A DNA stretch of 64,000 bases from Naegleria gruberi (Eukaryota), in the NCBI GenBank assembly GCA_000004985.1, contig GG738927.1, one strand, 5' to 3'. Below are positions 33,853 to 45,025 of this stretch, in pieces. The translations under genes were made by a program, and so were the position numbers. Below the pieces are notes generated by a model that ran no database searches, was not told where the DNA came from, and was given only the letters and a program-made list of their open reading frames with translations. The stretch's first letter is position 1; each line of letters opens with the position of its first letter.

Positions 33853-34645
33853 GAATTTTATTAGAGAAATAACAATTTTGGTGTGACATGTTAGTGTCAA
33901 CATTGGAAATTCAATGATTGAAATAAAAAATACTATATATGAATTATTTGAATCATTCATGATACTTTTCTTTCACCAATAACTTCAAGTGAAAGTCTGA
34001 AAATTATCACCTTGAAGTTTTTGATCAACAAGTTGTAAAATTTTCAAACTCAAAAACACAAGTGTTTCAATAAGTCTAACGATCATCTATTTGGTAACTG
34101 CCATTTCACCACATTCATATGTTAAAGAGAGAGAGATACCTTCTTGTTCCTCCAAGATGAGGACTATCATTAATGGGTACCTTTAAGGTAAATTACATTA
34201 CACCTTTCATTACCCATATCACAATACAGTTGGTTATAGACGTTATGAGATTGTTCCTTCTCATTAAACGACGTAGTGATTGTTGTCGCATCTCAGAGAT
34301 CTCACAACACCTCATCTTAATGAAACGCGAAAGTTTCAAGAGCACAATCCTCAGAGATCCTCAATCACATGAAGAGAGCGTTTCGTACTGATGGATTATT
34401 AAGGTAAGCAAACTTGGTAAAATTCTTACTGTTACTACATCAAACGAGATGGCTGCCCATTAGGAAGTCCTAACTTGCACATCTTTTTCCAAAGAGTGAG
34501 TCCGTTGTTTTCTTGAAGGGAACAATAGAATCTCTTTCCAAGTGGGAACATGTTGCTGTTGTGGAGAATTGAGACAACAATGCTCCACTAGAGGTGTACT
34601 GAGTTTGGCTGGCTTGCTCTCTATTCCCACACCACTCAAAACAAA

Positions 34646-35161
34646 ATGACTCTACAAGAGCCACAAGAAGAGAGCCAAATCACTTTTACACACACTCAAT
34701 TACCATCGATGATGAACCATGCTGCAAACAGCAGTGGAATACAATTGAGGTTAGATATTGAGGATCTGTTAAGGGAGTATGTAGCCTTAATGCAGGCATC
34801 TGCTCCAATTGCTTCTACTAATTCTACCATGGAACAGTTCTTCCACCAATCGAACAGCCCTTCTCATCACAGTAATTTATCAAATGATATAGATAATGTG
34901 TATTACTGTAAAACAGTAAGCCCAAATAATTCTGTAAATGTCTCTGAACAGCAGGTTACCAATACTATTACACTTCAACAAGACATTGTTCAAGATCGTG
35001 AGCAACAAGCAAAGAAGGGAAATTCCAAAAGGAAAAGTTCCGTTGATGATAAGCCAAATTATTCCAAATCCAAGGTAGGCAAAACACGAAGAAGAAAGAG
35101 CAAACTTCCAGGTGAATCAGAATTTAAATTATGGACTTGGATTGGAGAGAAGAGTTTATAG
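34646..35161 (+). CDS. Hypothetical protein, paralogue of 25044..25976, ending in basic K-LPGES...W-x-W motif
   Basis: 171-aa ORF. Shares RLDIEDLL and C-terminal KTRRRKSKLPGESEFKLWTWIGEKSL with the minus-strand gene at 25 kb. Confidence 0.45.
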   Translation: MTLQEPQEESQITFTHTQLPSMMNHAANSSGIQLRLDIEDLLREYVALMQASAPIASTNSTMEQFFHQSNSPSHHSNLSNDIDNVYYCKTVSPNNSVNVSEQQVTNTITLQQDIVQDREQQAKKGNSKRKSSVDDKPNYSKSKVGKTRRRKSKLPGESEFKLWTWIGEKSL

Positions 35162-35185
35162 AGAGTGGTGTGAATTATTCTTCAT

Positions 35186-37561
35186 CTATTGCTGATTCCA
35201 TTTCCTCCAATAGCAAGTGAGTAGTGATGTAATGCAATAGGTAGAGATGGTATTTCTGAAAGATTGAATATTGGCTGTCTTGTGAGCTTCAAACTTTTCA
35301 TAGAGTTCAAACAGATTCTTAGATGGATAGTCATTTGGATCAATTAGCAAGTACTCTCTCAATTCTAAAATCTTTTCATTCAGTAATTCAATGAAAGTCT
35401 CATTGGAAATATCTGATTTGAAAATGTCAAAGATGGTGTGATATTTCTGTATTCTAAGGTTTTCGTTTTGATTTTGAAGGTCGTACATCCCTAATGAAAG
35501 AAGAGCCATGTTACAGATTACAAAATAAATAATTGAACTTACATTCATTCTCCTCTATTGCTGATTCTCTAATTAATTCATAAACAGAGGAAACTGTGTC
35601 AATGGTTGTGAGTTGACTCTTGAGATTATTCTGCATCATTGTCAAGAATTTCTTTCTTAATGGATCTGAATAGAACTCTTTCCACAGGTCGTGAAAGGAA
35701 GTACTTGTTCGATTCCTTAAAGGTTGATTCATCCACTAGAATGTTAATCTTCAATTGATTGGCCAATAAGCTCAAATTCTTTGCAATCACAGTTGACTCT
35801 GAAACAATTGAATAATATCTGAATGATCGTGTTCCCAAGTTTCCTACATGACAATTCTCATTCGTTGAAATTCCCATTGAAAAATTGAACGATTCCACCT
35901 TTTCTGAAGACAAATCTTGTTGAGTATTCAAAGCTTGGAATCCTCTCTTAACTTTAAGAGCAGTTACGGCAATGTGTTTATGTTCTCTTCCAGTATCGAA
36001 TACCAAAACATACTCTGATATGGAAACAACTTGTAAATTGGCTTGGAATTGTTGAGCTGCACTTCTAATGACAGATACTATTTTAGGGAATGTTATTGAA
36101 ATTTCCTCTATTGTGTGCATGTCAGTATATTGAGGGAGAGTAATATTCAAAACACTGCATTCCTTCTTGTTGAGACCCATCCTGAATAGAGAGCTGGTGC
36201 TTCCCTTAGAGGAGAGTGATGCTTGTCTCTTAATGAGACTTTTCGAATTGGAATGTTTGAAAGATGAATAGTTTGATCTATTATCTGATACGAAACCCTT
36301 AAATGACTGGTCTGCTGTTGATTTTGTGTCGATGGAATACTTTTCTGTGTTGGATATTGGTGCCTGTCCATGGTGGTGATTGATGAGGGATTTTCCATTG
36401 TTCAGCTCAATTAATTCCTTTTCAGTCTTTTCAATTTCGTCCAATTGATTAACAACAGTATCAGGGAGGAAACTCTTAATTTCCGATAGACATTTAACAG
36501 TGGCTGCCAAACTTTGATAAATACTTTCAATTTCAATAAACATTGAAGAGTTTCGTTTCACATTTGCCAAATCAAAAACTTGAATCAATGATAATTGTTT
36601 CTCCAAAAACAATATTGGTCTAATGGCTATTCGACTAAGTAAAATTCTATATAAAACACTAAACACCAAAATACCAAAAGCAACACAAATGGAAGCTATA
36701 ATACTATTGTGAGCTGTTTTGGAAATATCATCAGAATAGACAATAATAAACTGTCGCCATGCAATATTCTCATTGGTGTAATTAGAAACTGAAACAATAT
36801 AAGAAACACCTCCACTTGTAATTGAAAAGAAGGATGGCAAGTTATAAAAGTCATAGCTTACAGCAATTGACTTCATTAAAGCTCCTGCATTTCTATCTGT
36901 GAGATCAAAAACACTGAGGGCCTTCTTTCCATCCTCACTAGTTGTTCAAATACTTCCTGCAATAGTTGTTGGACCATTCATTTCAGTAAGAATTGTAACC
37001 TTGATCTAGAATTTTCACCTCCTTCAGAAAGTCAGAAAAGAGAATTAATGGAATTGTGCATCTGCAAATTCCTTGAATAATCTTACTTCCATTCATTCTC
37101 AAAATCAATGGATCGAATAAAGGAGTTGCATATGGAAGAGCAATACTTCCATTAATGATATAGAATGGAGATGAGAAAACTCCCTCAGTTTTCAATTTTT
37201 CAATATTTGTTAAGGTGTCCAATATTTCGTTTAGTAATTTGGATAAACGTTCTCCTTTTTGATTTCTTGATCTCGGTTCCAAATCTTCTGCTGATGTTGT
37301 AGATCTCTTTGTTGAGGTAGTTGTAATATTTGTGGATGTACATTCATTACATTGTAAACCAGCACTCTATTTAATTTCAATGGCTGGTTTTTTTGTTGAC
37401 TTTTTTGTTGTACGTGGATTAAATTCTGATGACTCATTGGACATTTCTGGTGAACTGTTACTGGCTCTATGAGTTTGACAATTTCTATATTTTTGAAAGT
37501 CTGTTTTGATTTTCTCGACTTGAATTGAGAGTTTGAATTGTTCGTATAATTTCTCTAACAT
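35186..37561 (-). CDS. Receptor-like single-pass membrane protein: periplasmic-binding-protein/ANF-receptor-like ectodomain, TM, and C-terminal region resembling a degenerate class III nucleotidyl cyclase homology domain; multi-exon, bounds approximate
   Basis: Minus-strand exon ORFs at 37561..37367, 37437..37231, 37282..36983, 36876..35626 (extendable upstream in frame through ...DGKKALSVFDLTDRNAGALMKSIAVSYDF...) and 35548..35186. TM segment IIASICVAFGILVFSVLYRILL. After the TM: ...HIAVTALKVKRGFQAL...FNFSMGISTNENCHVGNLGTRSFRYYSIVSESTVIAKNLSLLANQLKINILVDESTF, which parallels the cyclase block [35 protein letters not shown].G....I.VSE.T. The metal-binding Asp positions appear substituted. Assignment rests on pattern memory only. 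Confidence 0.4.
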
Positions 37562-37913
37562 CTCTAGACCATATGTTGTTCTTCTCTGGGTTTTATCTTG
37601 TTGTTACATTTCTGATAACAAATTCGATCAACGGAGGAATTTATTATTTATTCAATAACTAGTGATTTGTAAAGAAATGTAATGCAGGATTGTAATATAT
37701 ACATCTCATAGGATATTCTCTCTTCGAATGATATCTCCAGAGTGGTAGCATTCCCTGGGAGAGGTTCTCAAACATTAACAATTTACTTCGTATGTCGGCA
37801 AGAAATTTTAAAAAGTTGGACCAAAAATTTTTATTTTACAAAATTTCCTTTTATTGCGAGCTACAGTGCCACCTTAATTCCGTTTGGCGCTAATAAAAAT
37901 CTGATTAAAAAAA

Positions 37914-38900
37914 ATGGATACCACTGATGAACCAGAGTTCGTATTTGACAATGACTACATCCAGCATGTAGATATTGCCATGGACTACGCTGACAGCGGG
38001 GAGTGTATTTTTTCTGATAATGAAGGCAATCTTCAAGGAAGTATTCACTTAATCACTGAAAGTCATACAAGCAAAACTTTGAGCGGCAGTGTGAAGAAAG
38101 CCATTCAAACTTCCTCCCGATCTGTGTGCCGTCTCTATGTACTATACAAGTCAGATTGTAATAAGGGTATAAGATCATTTGGTACAGCTTTCTTTGTATC
38201 TGAGTCATTATTAATGACTGCCCAACATTGCATCAAGCCTTCTCATACAATAGATGGGGTCGTGTACTTCTTAAAAAGTACATACATTGATCTTTCCTGT
38301 TGTTCTAGAGACTCACAATTTGAAATTGATGACTCTAGTTTGATAAAGAAGGTGCAAATTGTAGATAGAAGCAATTTTGAGAAAGATATCCAACAATTGA
38401 AGATGCCTGGAAAGGATGTTCCATGGAAGACTAGCAACGACTTCGCATTTCTAGAACTTGACCAAAGGAACCTCACCACCCCCTTCATACCTGTTGAAAC
38501 AACATTAGAGGGTAATCAGTGTTATGTTATTGGGTATCCCGGCACTATTTCTATTGAAAAATTCAAAAAGGATTATTGCAGAGATTTAGATGATACCAAA
38601 TCTAACCAATTGTGGGGAAAAGTTCAGCGTGAAATGGGCTATTTTGAATGCAAAATTGCCAGCCAAGGAACGTTTCAAGTTAAAACTGGAGATTATTTGT
38701 ACACACATAATTGTCCTACTTTGTGTGGAACAAGCGGTGCTCCGGTTGTAAATGAAAATGGGAAGTTAATTGGAATTCATGTGGGTGGAGACTATGCATT
38801 ACACAATAATTTCTGGATAACTATTTCCAATCAACATTTGAAGAGTGCTCTCATTTCTATGAAAGTTTGTTCTGATCAATCCTTTGTATCGCTCCAATAA
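37914..38900 (+). CDS. Trypsin-like (chymotrypsin-fold, Trypsin_2/PF13365-like) serine peptidase, 328 aa, no signal peptide
   Basis: FGTAFFVSESLLMTAQHCI (His-box TAxHC) and CGTSGAPVVNENGKLIGIHVGG (Ser-box G-[DT]-SG-[GA]-P followed by G.H.G, typical of HtrA/V8-like trypsin_2 domains). Confidence 0.55.
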   Translation: MDTTDEPEFVFDNDYIQHVDIAMDYADSGECIFSDNEGNLQGSIHLITESHTSKTLSGSVKKAIQTSSRSVCRLYVLYKSDCNKGIRSFGTAFFVSESLLMTAQHCIKPSHTIDGVVYFLKSTYIDLSCCSRDSQFEIDDSSLIKKVQIVDRSNFEKDIQQLKMPGKDVPWKTSNDFAFLELDQRNLTTPFIPVETTLEGNQCYVIGYPGTISIEKFKKDYCRDLDDTKSNQLWGKVQREMGYFECKIASQGTFQVKTGDYLYTHNCPTLCGTSGAPVVNENGKLIGIHVGGDYALHNNFWITISNQHLKSALISMKVCSDQSFVSLQ

Positions 38901-39440
38901 TCACTAATCTAAGAATACAATTTTGTGGGCTGTGAACATGGTGTCATGCCAACAATCTAAAAGGTTCATTGATTTCTCTATGAAACTTTTAGAAGAATAG
39001 AACAAACAACAGAAACAATCAATTCTAGATCAGTTCACCAACTCTCAGTAATCCAGGTACTAACCTCCAGGAGGTCGAATAAAAGTGACATGACGAATGA
39101 GCGGGAAAGTTGCTCGCTCCTGAATATTTTGCTTTCTTTGTTTTCACTCTCCAGCTAAAAAATTTTCGTTAGACGGAAGGGTTAATAACATTATAATATG
39201 ACGCTGCTTTGGTTGATGCCTTAATTGCAAAGGGTGTTTGGTTGGCCTATTCAGGACGATAGAATCTTATCTGGACAAGCAAATAAAGACCAAATCAAAG
39301 GCGAATTATCGGACAATGCAACTATAATACAAATTAGTATTTAATTAAGGGCAATAAGTGAAGTACTTGAATTGTTCTCAATCAAGGTTCTTATTAAGAT
39401 GCATTAATGAAATCCGAAAATTCATTATTCTTGAATATTA

Positions 39441-41480
39441 TTATTGGTAGTGGAATTTGGTAGAAGAAGTGGGAATTACAGGAAGTTTGATTCTAGTTTC
39501 GGTACATTCGTGTGTAGAGAAATCTCTTCTCTTGATATCCTTGTGGCAAGAAGGACAATGAGTTTCATATTCTGAAAGATCAACTTGTTTGGCAACTTTA
39601 AGATCATATTCCAATTCATTTCCAGAGTGGCAGATTTGATTATGTTTGGAATAGTCGCATCTCTGTACGAGGCATCCACAATAGAGACAGATGATGCTCG
39701 AAGTTTTCAACCTGTTGGAAAGGTCTCTTCTCTGCTCTAGGATTTCATCAATTGATTGGGAATAGTCAATTGGCTTTACATTTTCGAGTGACTTATCCAT
39801 AAGTACTTGACTTTCTAACACTTGCAAGTCGACCTTATTTGCATATTTTGATTGCATGCTTTGCAGTGCTGGAGTGTGCTTTCTTGGCACGAGGCATACT
39901 TTTGCTGGTTTGGCATATCCAGACATAAACTCTAATAATTTATCCAATTCTGGGTTTTGTTCTCTGCAGTCGCCATATCCTCGAATACACAAACTCTTAA
40001 GGAATGAACGTCCTGCCCCGCCCTCTTTAAATACAAATAAAAGAGTCTCGATTAGTTTGGAACTCAATTCGCCATATGAAAAAGAACGAATGGATAGATC
40101 CAATTCCTCTAAGGTCTTTAAGGAATACAAGCTATTTTGCAACAAGTCAATATCATTTTCATTATCCACATGACATGAAAATAGCTTAATATTTGGGAAG
40201 TGTGTTATCCATCTATCTATTCTATTGGTAAAGAATGAACGTCCCTCCAATTTGAGTTCCAAAACATTTGGAAGTTCTTTCAGGTTTGGATCTGAGGTGA
40301 GGAATATTGGAGAGCTGTGTCTCATCAATGCAAAATCAAAGACACCGTCCAGATTTATGGACAGCTTCTTGACGCATTTGAATTTTGCTAAGAGTTCCAG
40401 AAAGGCCTTCGTCATTTCCACTGTATCAAAAATAGACAATGATTCTTCCCAATACGAATATTGAACTGTTCCAAGTGTAACTTCCAGCTCCTCCACAATA
40501 TTATTTGAGGTAGATGAGAGTTGATTCAACTGAGCTGCTTTGGTATAATTGAGATGAAGACTCAATTTCTTACAATTAGAAAGATTATTCAATTCAAAAA
40601 ACTTTGGTCCAATATACATTGATTCCAATACATTTGATGCAATACTATATTCAGTGTCATGATATAGATATTTGAGATTTTCAAATTCTGAAGTATTGGT
40701 AAGTAAAAAACCAGTGACATTGTCAAGGACTAGATTTTCCAACTTGTCCTTCACCCAATCAAAACACTGACAAAAAGGTTGATCAACCTTACATGTTTTC
40801 AATACTACTGTTTGTAAATTATCTTTACAAGCTTTGAATAAATTGCAAAATGCATTCGAATCAAAATTAAAATCCAACTTGATGAATGAACAATTGGTTG
40901 GATAGGATGTTTCCATTGAGAATGTTGGTTCTGTGAAATAGTTTGGCAAGTAGTTGACCACTCTTTGTGAAAATTCCTTCTTTCTTTGTTGATGAAGAGA
41001 TGGGAAATGAGTATTCCTTGGACGTGATGGAGCATACCTATCTAGATTAGCTTCCTGAATACTCCCATAGATGAATAGATTGAAAATCTTCATCCTATTA
41101 CTCTCCACAAACTTGTGCAAATACTTTACGAAGGGAATAATATCCTTCTCAATCATCATGTGTTTTTGATATTGCTCCTCCTTCTCACTACTAAATAAAT
41201 GATCAAAATCACCACCATACAAATCAATATTCGGATAGATGTGCAATGTATTAATTTGTTGAATGATAATTTCTCTCCATGATGAACACACCCGAGGAAT
41301 GATCATCATGATTGATCTAAAATCCAGATAGGATATGATTGAGTAGAGTACTTCTGGAGGAACCCTCGAATGAAACCAACCACCTGATCGTTGTTGCTCA
41401 TCTTCATCATTCTCTTCATGAATCGTTGTTCTTGTTATAGGAGATGAATTGAACATTTTTTTGATTCTGTCTTCAATCAA
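39441..41480 (-). CDS. F-box protein with LRR-like middle and C-terminal TRAF-type/C2HC zinc-finger-like Cys/His cluster, 679 aa
   Basis: N-terminal VPPEVLYSIISYLDFRSIMMIIPRVCSSWREII (canonical F-box). C-terminus CLYCGCLVQRCDYSKHNQICHSGNELEYD...HCPSCHKDIKRRDFSTHEC (two C-x2-C...H-x3-C units as in TRAF-type zinc fingers). Confidence 0.55.
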   Translation of the reverse strand: MIEDRIKKMFNSSPITRTTIHEENDEDEQQRSGGWFHSRVPPEVLYSIISYLDFRSIMMIIPRVCSSWREIIIQQINTLHIYPNIDLYGGDFDHLFSSEKEEQYQKHMMIEKDIIPFVKYLHKFVESNRMKIFNLFIYGSIQEANLDRYAPSRPRNTHFPSLHQQRKKEFSQRVVNYLPNYFTEPTFSMETSYPTNCSFIKLDFNFDSNAFCNLFKACKDNLQTVVLKTCKVDQPFCQCFDWVKDKLENLVLDNVTGFLLTNTSEFENLKYLYHDTEYSIASNVLESMYIGPKFFELNNLSNCKKLSLHLNYTKAAQLNQLSSTSNNIVEELEVTLGTVQYSYWEESLSIFDTVEMTKAFLELLAKFKCVKKLSINLDGVFDFALMRHSSPIFLTSDPNLKELPNVLELKLEGRSFFTNRIDRWITHFPNIKLFSCHVDNENDIDLLQNSLYSLKTLEELDLSIRSFSYGELSSKLIETLLFVFKEGGAGRSFLKSLCIRGYGDCREQNPELDKLLEFMSGYAKPAKVCLVPRKHTPALQSMQSKYANKVDLQVLESQVLMDKSLENVKPIDYSQSIDEILEQRRDLSNRLKTSSIICLYCGCLVQRCDYSKHNQICHSGNELEYDLKVAKQVDLSEYETHCPSCHKDIKRRDFSTHECTETRIKLPVIPTSSTKFHYQ

Positions 41481-41949
41481 TCAACTATTTAAATCCAACC
41501 ATTAACAACATCCATTGACTATCAGTTATCAGTTTTATGATCATTCCGATTCTGGTAAATTGTTTTCATCAAATCAAATCAATTAAAATTTTAATTACTT
41601 GAAATTCATCGATTAATTTTTTAAAATGTTGGCAACCACAATAAATGAGAGGAAAAGCAAAGAGTGAAATACAGAGAGAAAGGCGAGAGAGGAATTTGAT
41701 GTTTTGTTTTTGTTACAATTAACAGAACTTTGTTTGGAATGATGAGAAATGCTAAGCAGGTGCACAACAGAGGTCTACGATGATAGAGTGCGCTCAAAAC
41801 TACCAAGATCTGTCCTGACTCGATTTTTAACACTTTTTTATATTTCAAGTATGTCAATACTCAATTTCAAATCTTAGATCTTTCTGAATTAATTGAAATA
41901 AATTAAGGTTTATATATTTTACAATTGAAGATTGAGTTTGTACATGGGA

Positions 41950-43530
41950 TTAATCATTAGATCTACGCTTAGACATTGGTGAAATGAAGGATCTGAGAGC
42001 ATCAGCATTATTGGCTTGAGCAGGCTTTCTGTGATTGAGTGGAACATACTTTCTATGGTCAATACCAGTATAGACTTGCTTTGGTCTGAAAATCTTGACT
42101 TCAGGATCTTCCAAACTTTCAATCCAGTGAGCTAACCAACCAGCACATCTTGGAATGAGGAAAAGAACTGGATAATAGTCAGCTGGGAAACCTAAACACT
42201 TGTAAACCAAACCAGTGTAAAAGTCAACATTTGGATACAATTTACGTTCCTTAAAGTATGGATCATTGAGGGCAATTTGTTCGAGTTCAACAGCAATTTC
42301 AATCATTGGTTCCTTGCCCAAAACTTGGAAGACTTCATCGGCAACCTTCTTGACAATCTTGGCACGAGGGTCATATGAACGATAAATTCTGTGACCAAAG
42401 CCCATCAATTTCTTCTTTCTTTGTTTGACTTCTTCAATGAATTTTGGAATATTTTCCTTTGTTCCAATTTCTTCCAACATGTGAAGAACAGCTTCACAAG
42501 CACCACCGTGCAATGGACCATACAAGGCACCAGCTGTTAATTTACATTCCATTAAATTATTATAGAAATATTAAAATATATCATTTGATATTTTGATAAA
42601 TTACTTACATGCACCAGCAATTGAGGTGTATGGATCAACTCTACTACTGCTCAAGTGACGCATAGCAGCAGTGGAACAGTTCATTTCATGTTCTGCGTGA
42701 ATAATCCACAATTTTTCAAGAGCACGAGCAAGAACTGGATTTGGATGATAGTTGACTTCACTCAATCTGTCCAACATGTACAAGAAGTTACCAGTATAGT
42801 TAAGGTTATTGACAGGATTATTGTAAGGTTTACCAATTCTGTGACGATAAGCACTGGCAGCAATGGTTGGCAACTTTCCGAGAATACGATAAATTTGCTT
42901 AAATCTAAGTGAGTCAACCTTGACACAATCCTTATCAGCACCCTTCAAGAACAAATCAGATCCTTGGAGGGATGGATTAGCATCTTCATAGAAAGTACCC
43001 ATGGCAGCAATTGATGAAATAACCATTCCCATAGGGTGAGCATCATATCTAAATTGTTTCAACAAGGTGACCATGTTTTCGTGGAGATAGGAGTGTTTAG
43101 TAACTCTTTCTTCCCATAAATTCAATTGATTTCTATCTGGAAGTTCACCATTGATTAACAAGAAGGCAACTTCAAGGAATGATGATTTTTCGGCCAATTC
43201 TTCAATATCATATCCACGATAACGTAAAATACCTTTTTCACCATCAATATATGAAATACTACTTCTAGAAATGGCTGTATTCATAAATCCAGGATCCAAA
43301 CAAACAAGATCCAATTGTTCAAAAGCAACTGATCTGATGGCATTTCCTTCTTCTACATTAATTTTGATGATTTTTCCAGTCTTTGAATCCTTAACTTCAA
43401 GGAAACGTTTTTCACCAGGATTTGATGGAGCAGTAGCACTAGTCAAATTAGTGCTCAACATTTCTCCTCCAACAACTTGAGGCATCAAGTGTTGTTTAAT
43501 TGATTGCATTCTACGTTCAGCTGAAGACAT
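41950..43530 (-). CDS. Citrate synthase, bacterial/glyoxysomal type II, with PTS2-like N-terminal extension; complement(join(41950..42533,42609..43530)), about 501 aa
   Basis: Exon 1 has [32 protein letters not shown] and [30 protein letters not shown]. Exon 2 has [22 protein letters not shown]...[18 protein letters not shown]...[36 protein letters not shown]. These are the catalytic His/Asp context of GltA-type citrate synthase. A 75-nt intron (GTAAGT...AACAG) in phase 1. The N-terminal [15 protein letters not shown] fits the PTS2 nonapeptide pattern R-x-x-x-I-K-x-H-L. Confidence 0.85.
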
Positions 43531-44018
43531 TTTTATATATTATTTACAATAACTTGAAATGATGATGATTAGAGTGTGGTATTTTGAAAAATTATACAAA
43601 GTATTATATTCTAATAATACAATGAGAGAGACGGAGGAGGACAGAAAGGGACAAAGTGTGTTTGCTTCTCTGTAACAAAGGAGAGATGGTAGGAACTTTT
43701 TTTTGATAAATTTTTTAAAGCCTTGTTTGATGTTTGGTTGTTTCTGTCTATTGGTTTGCTTAAGAAACGGAGAATTGCAAAATTGTTTGTCGCTTGTTTC
43801 GTGCTTAGTCAACGCGTGGAAGAAATAACAAATCTCCGAAGGCCATTTACTGTAGAGACAAAGAATCCATTGTAAACATAGAGTCAATTAAAGATATTTG
43901 TTGTAAATGGCATAAAAAACATGATTAGAGTATCAAGCTTTTGAAGCGTGTCAGAATTTGCCATTTCTGATTCATTTTATTCAGTCAATTGTGAACTCAA
44001 AAGGTAAAATTGTAAAGT

Positions 44019-44783
44019 TTATTGATTCGAATAAATCAGTGATACGGTCGAGATGATTACAAGGAAACAAAAGACATAAACCACACCATCACTAATAGAT
44101 TTCTGCTCTTCTTTCTGAAATTCATCGTTCATTGTTTGATTTTTGAATATTTCAGATTTAACAATTTGAAAATTAATCTTTCCCACCATTTTGTCCACAA
44201 CATTTTTGGAAGAATCTCTATTTGGAAACTCTCTGGCTAACCAATTAAGCAATTCGTGAGCAGATCCCATTTTCCAATTAAAGAATTTCAATATAATTTC
44301 CTTTTTAATCTTCATTTTCCTTGAAAAATGTTGGAGTGCAAAATATTGAAGTGAAATTTTCTTAATTTCTTTAAGGTTCATATCAGAAATTCCATCAATT
44401 TTTAAAAAATCCAAATTTTTCTCTTTTTCCAAATCATATGAAAAAGTTTTCGTTCTTTCCAAATAGAAATTCTTCACATTTTCTTTAGAAATGTCACAAT
44501 TCAAAGCAATACTTTCCAATTGATGATTCATAGCAAGCTGGATATCATTTTCTAATGAAGCAAGTCTTGAATTTTCATAAAATTGTTCATTTTCGTGATA
44601 AAAATCTAGAAATGTCAAGAGGCTTTCTTCATATATTTTAGTTTTGAGAATACTGAGACAGCACTTGTCATTAATTGAAGTGCATTGAGAGATGAGTGGA
44701 TTCTCAAGAGAATGGACGAAAGATAGAGACGAAAGTAATATAAGAAAGCAATAGAGAATTATTCTATGTTTTGTAGAAGACAT
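44019..44783 (-). CDS. Hypothetical secreted protein with N-terminal signal peptide
   Basis: ORF 44019..44813. The second Met gives MSSTKHRIILYCFLILLSSLSFVHS, a signal-peptide-like hydrophobic segment. Rest is K/E/N-rich with several Cys. No domain recognised. Confidence 0.4.
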   Translation of the reverse strand: MSSTKHRIILYCFLILLSSLSFVHSLENPLISQCTSINDKCCLSILKTKIYEESLLTFLDFYHENEQFYENSRLASLENDIQLAMNHQLESIALNCDISKENVKNFYLERTKTFSYDLEKEKNLDFLKIDGISDMNLKEIKKISLQYFALQHFSRKMKIKKEIILKFFNWKMGSAHELLNWLAREFPNRDSSKNVVDKMVGKINFQIVKSEIFKNQTMNDEFQKEEQKSISDGVVYVFCFLVIISTVSLIYSNQ

Positions 44784-44852
44784 TTTTTTAAGGTGTTTCG
44801 ATAGTAAACACACAAAATAAAGTTCAAATAATATTTAGACAATTGGGTATTA

Positions 44853-45025
44853 ANNNNNNNNNNNNNNNNNNNNNNNNNNNNNNNNNNNNNNNNNNNNNNN
44901 NNNNNNNNNNNNNNNNNNNNNNNNNNNNNNNNNNNNNNNNNNNNNNNNNNNNNNNNNNNNNNNNNNNNNNNNNNNNNNNNNNNNNNNNNNNNNNNNNNNN
45001 NNNNNNNNNNNNNNNNNNNNNNNNN
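44853..45025. other. Assembly gap (173-nt run of N)
   Basis: Contiguous N characters. The ORF-track entries 44824..45114, 44850..45167 and the first ~60 residues of 44843..46744 are artefacts of translating N. Confidence 0.95.

Noticed and set aside
35100-35600. Possibility that the K-LPGES...W-x-W genes encode split TALE homeodomains with a downstream exon
   Set aside because: No NWF.N.R-like helix-3 coding potential on the + strand downstream of 35161. That DNA belongs to the convergent minus-strand receptor-like gene. No canonical donor precedes the stop codons of either paralogue.
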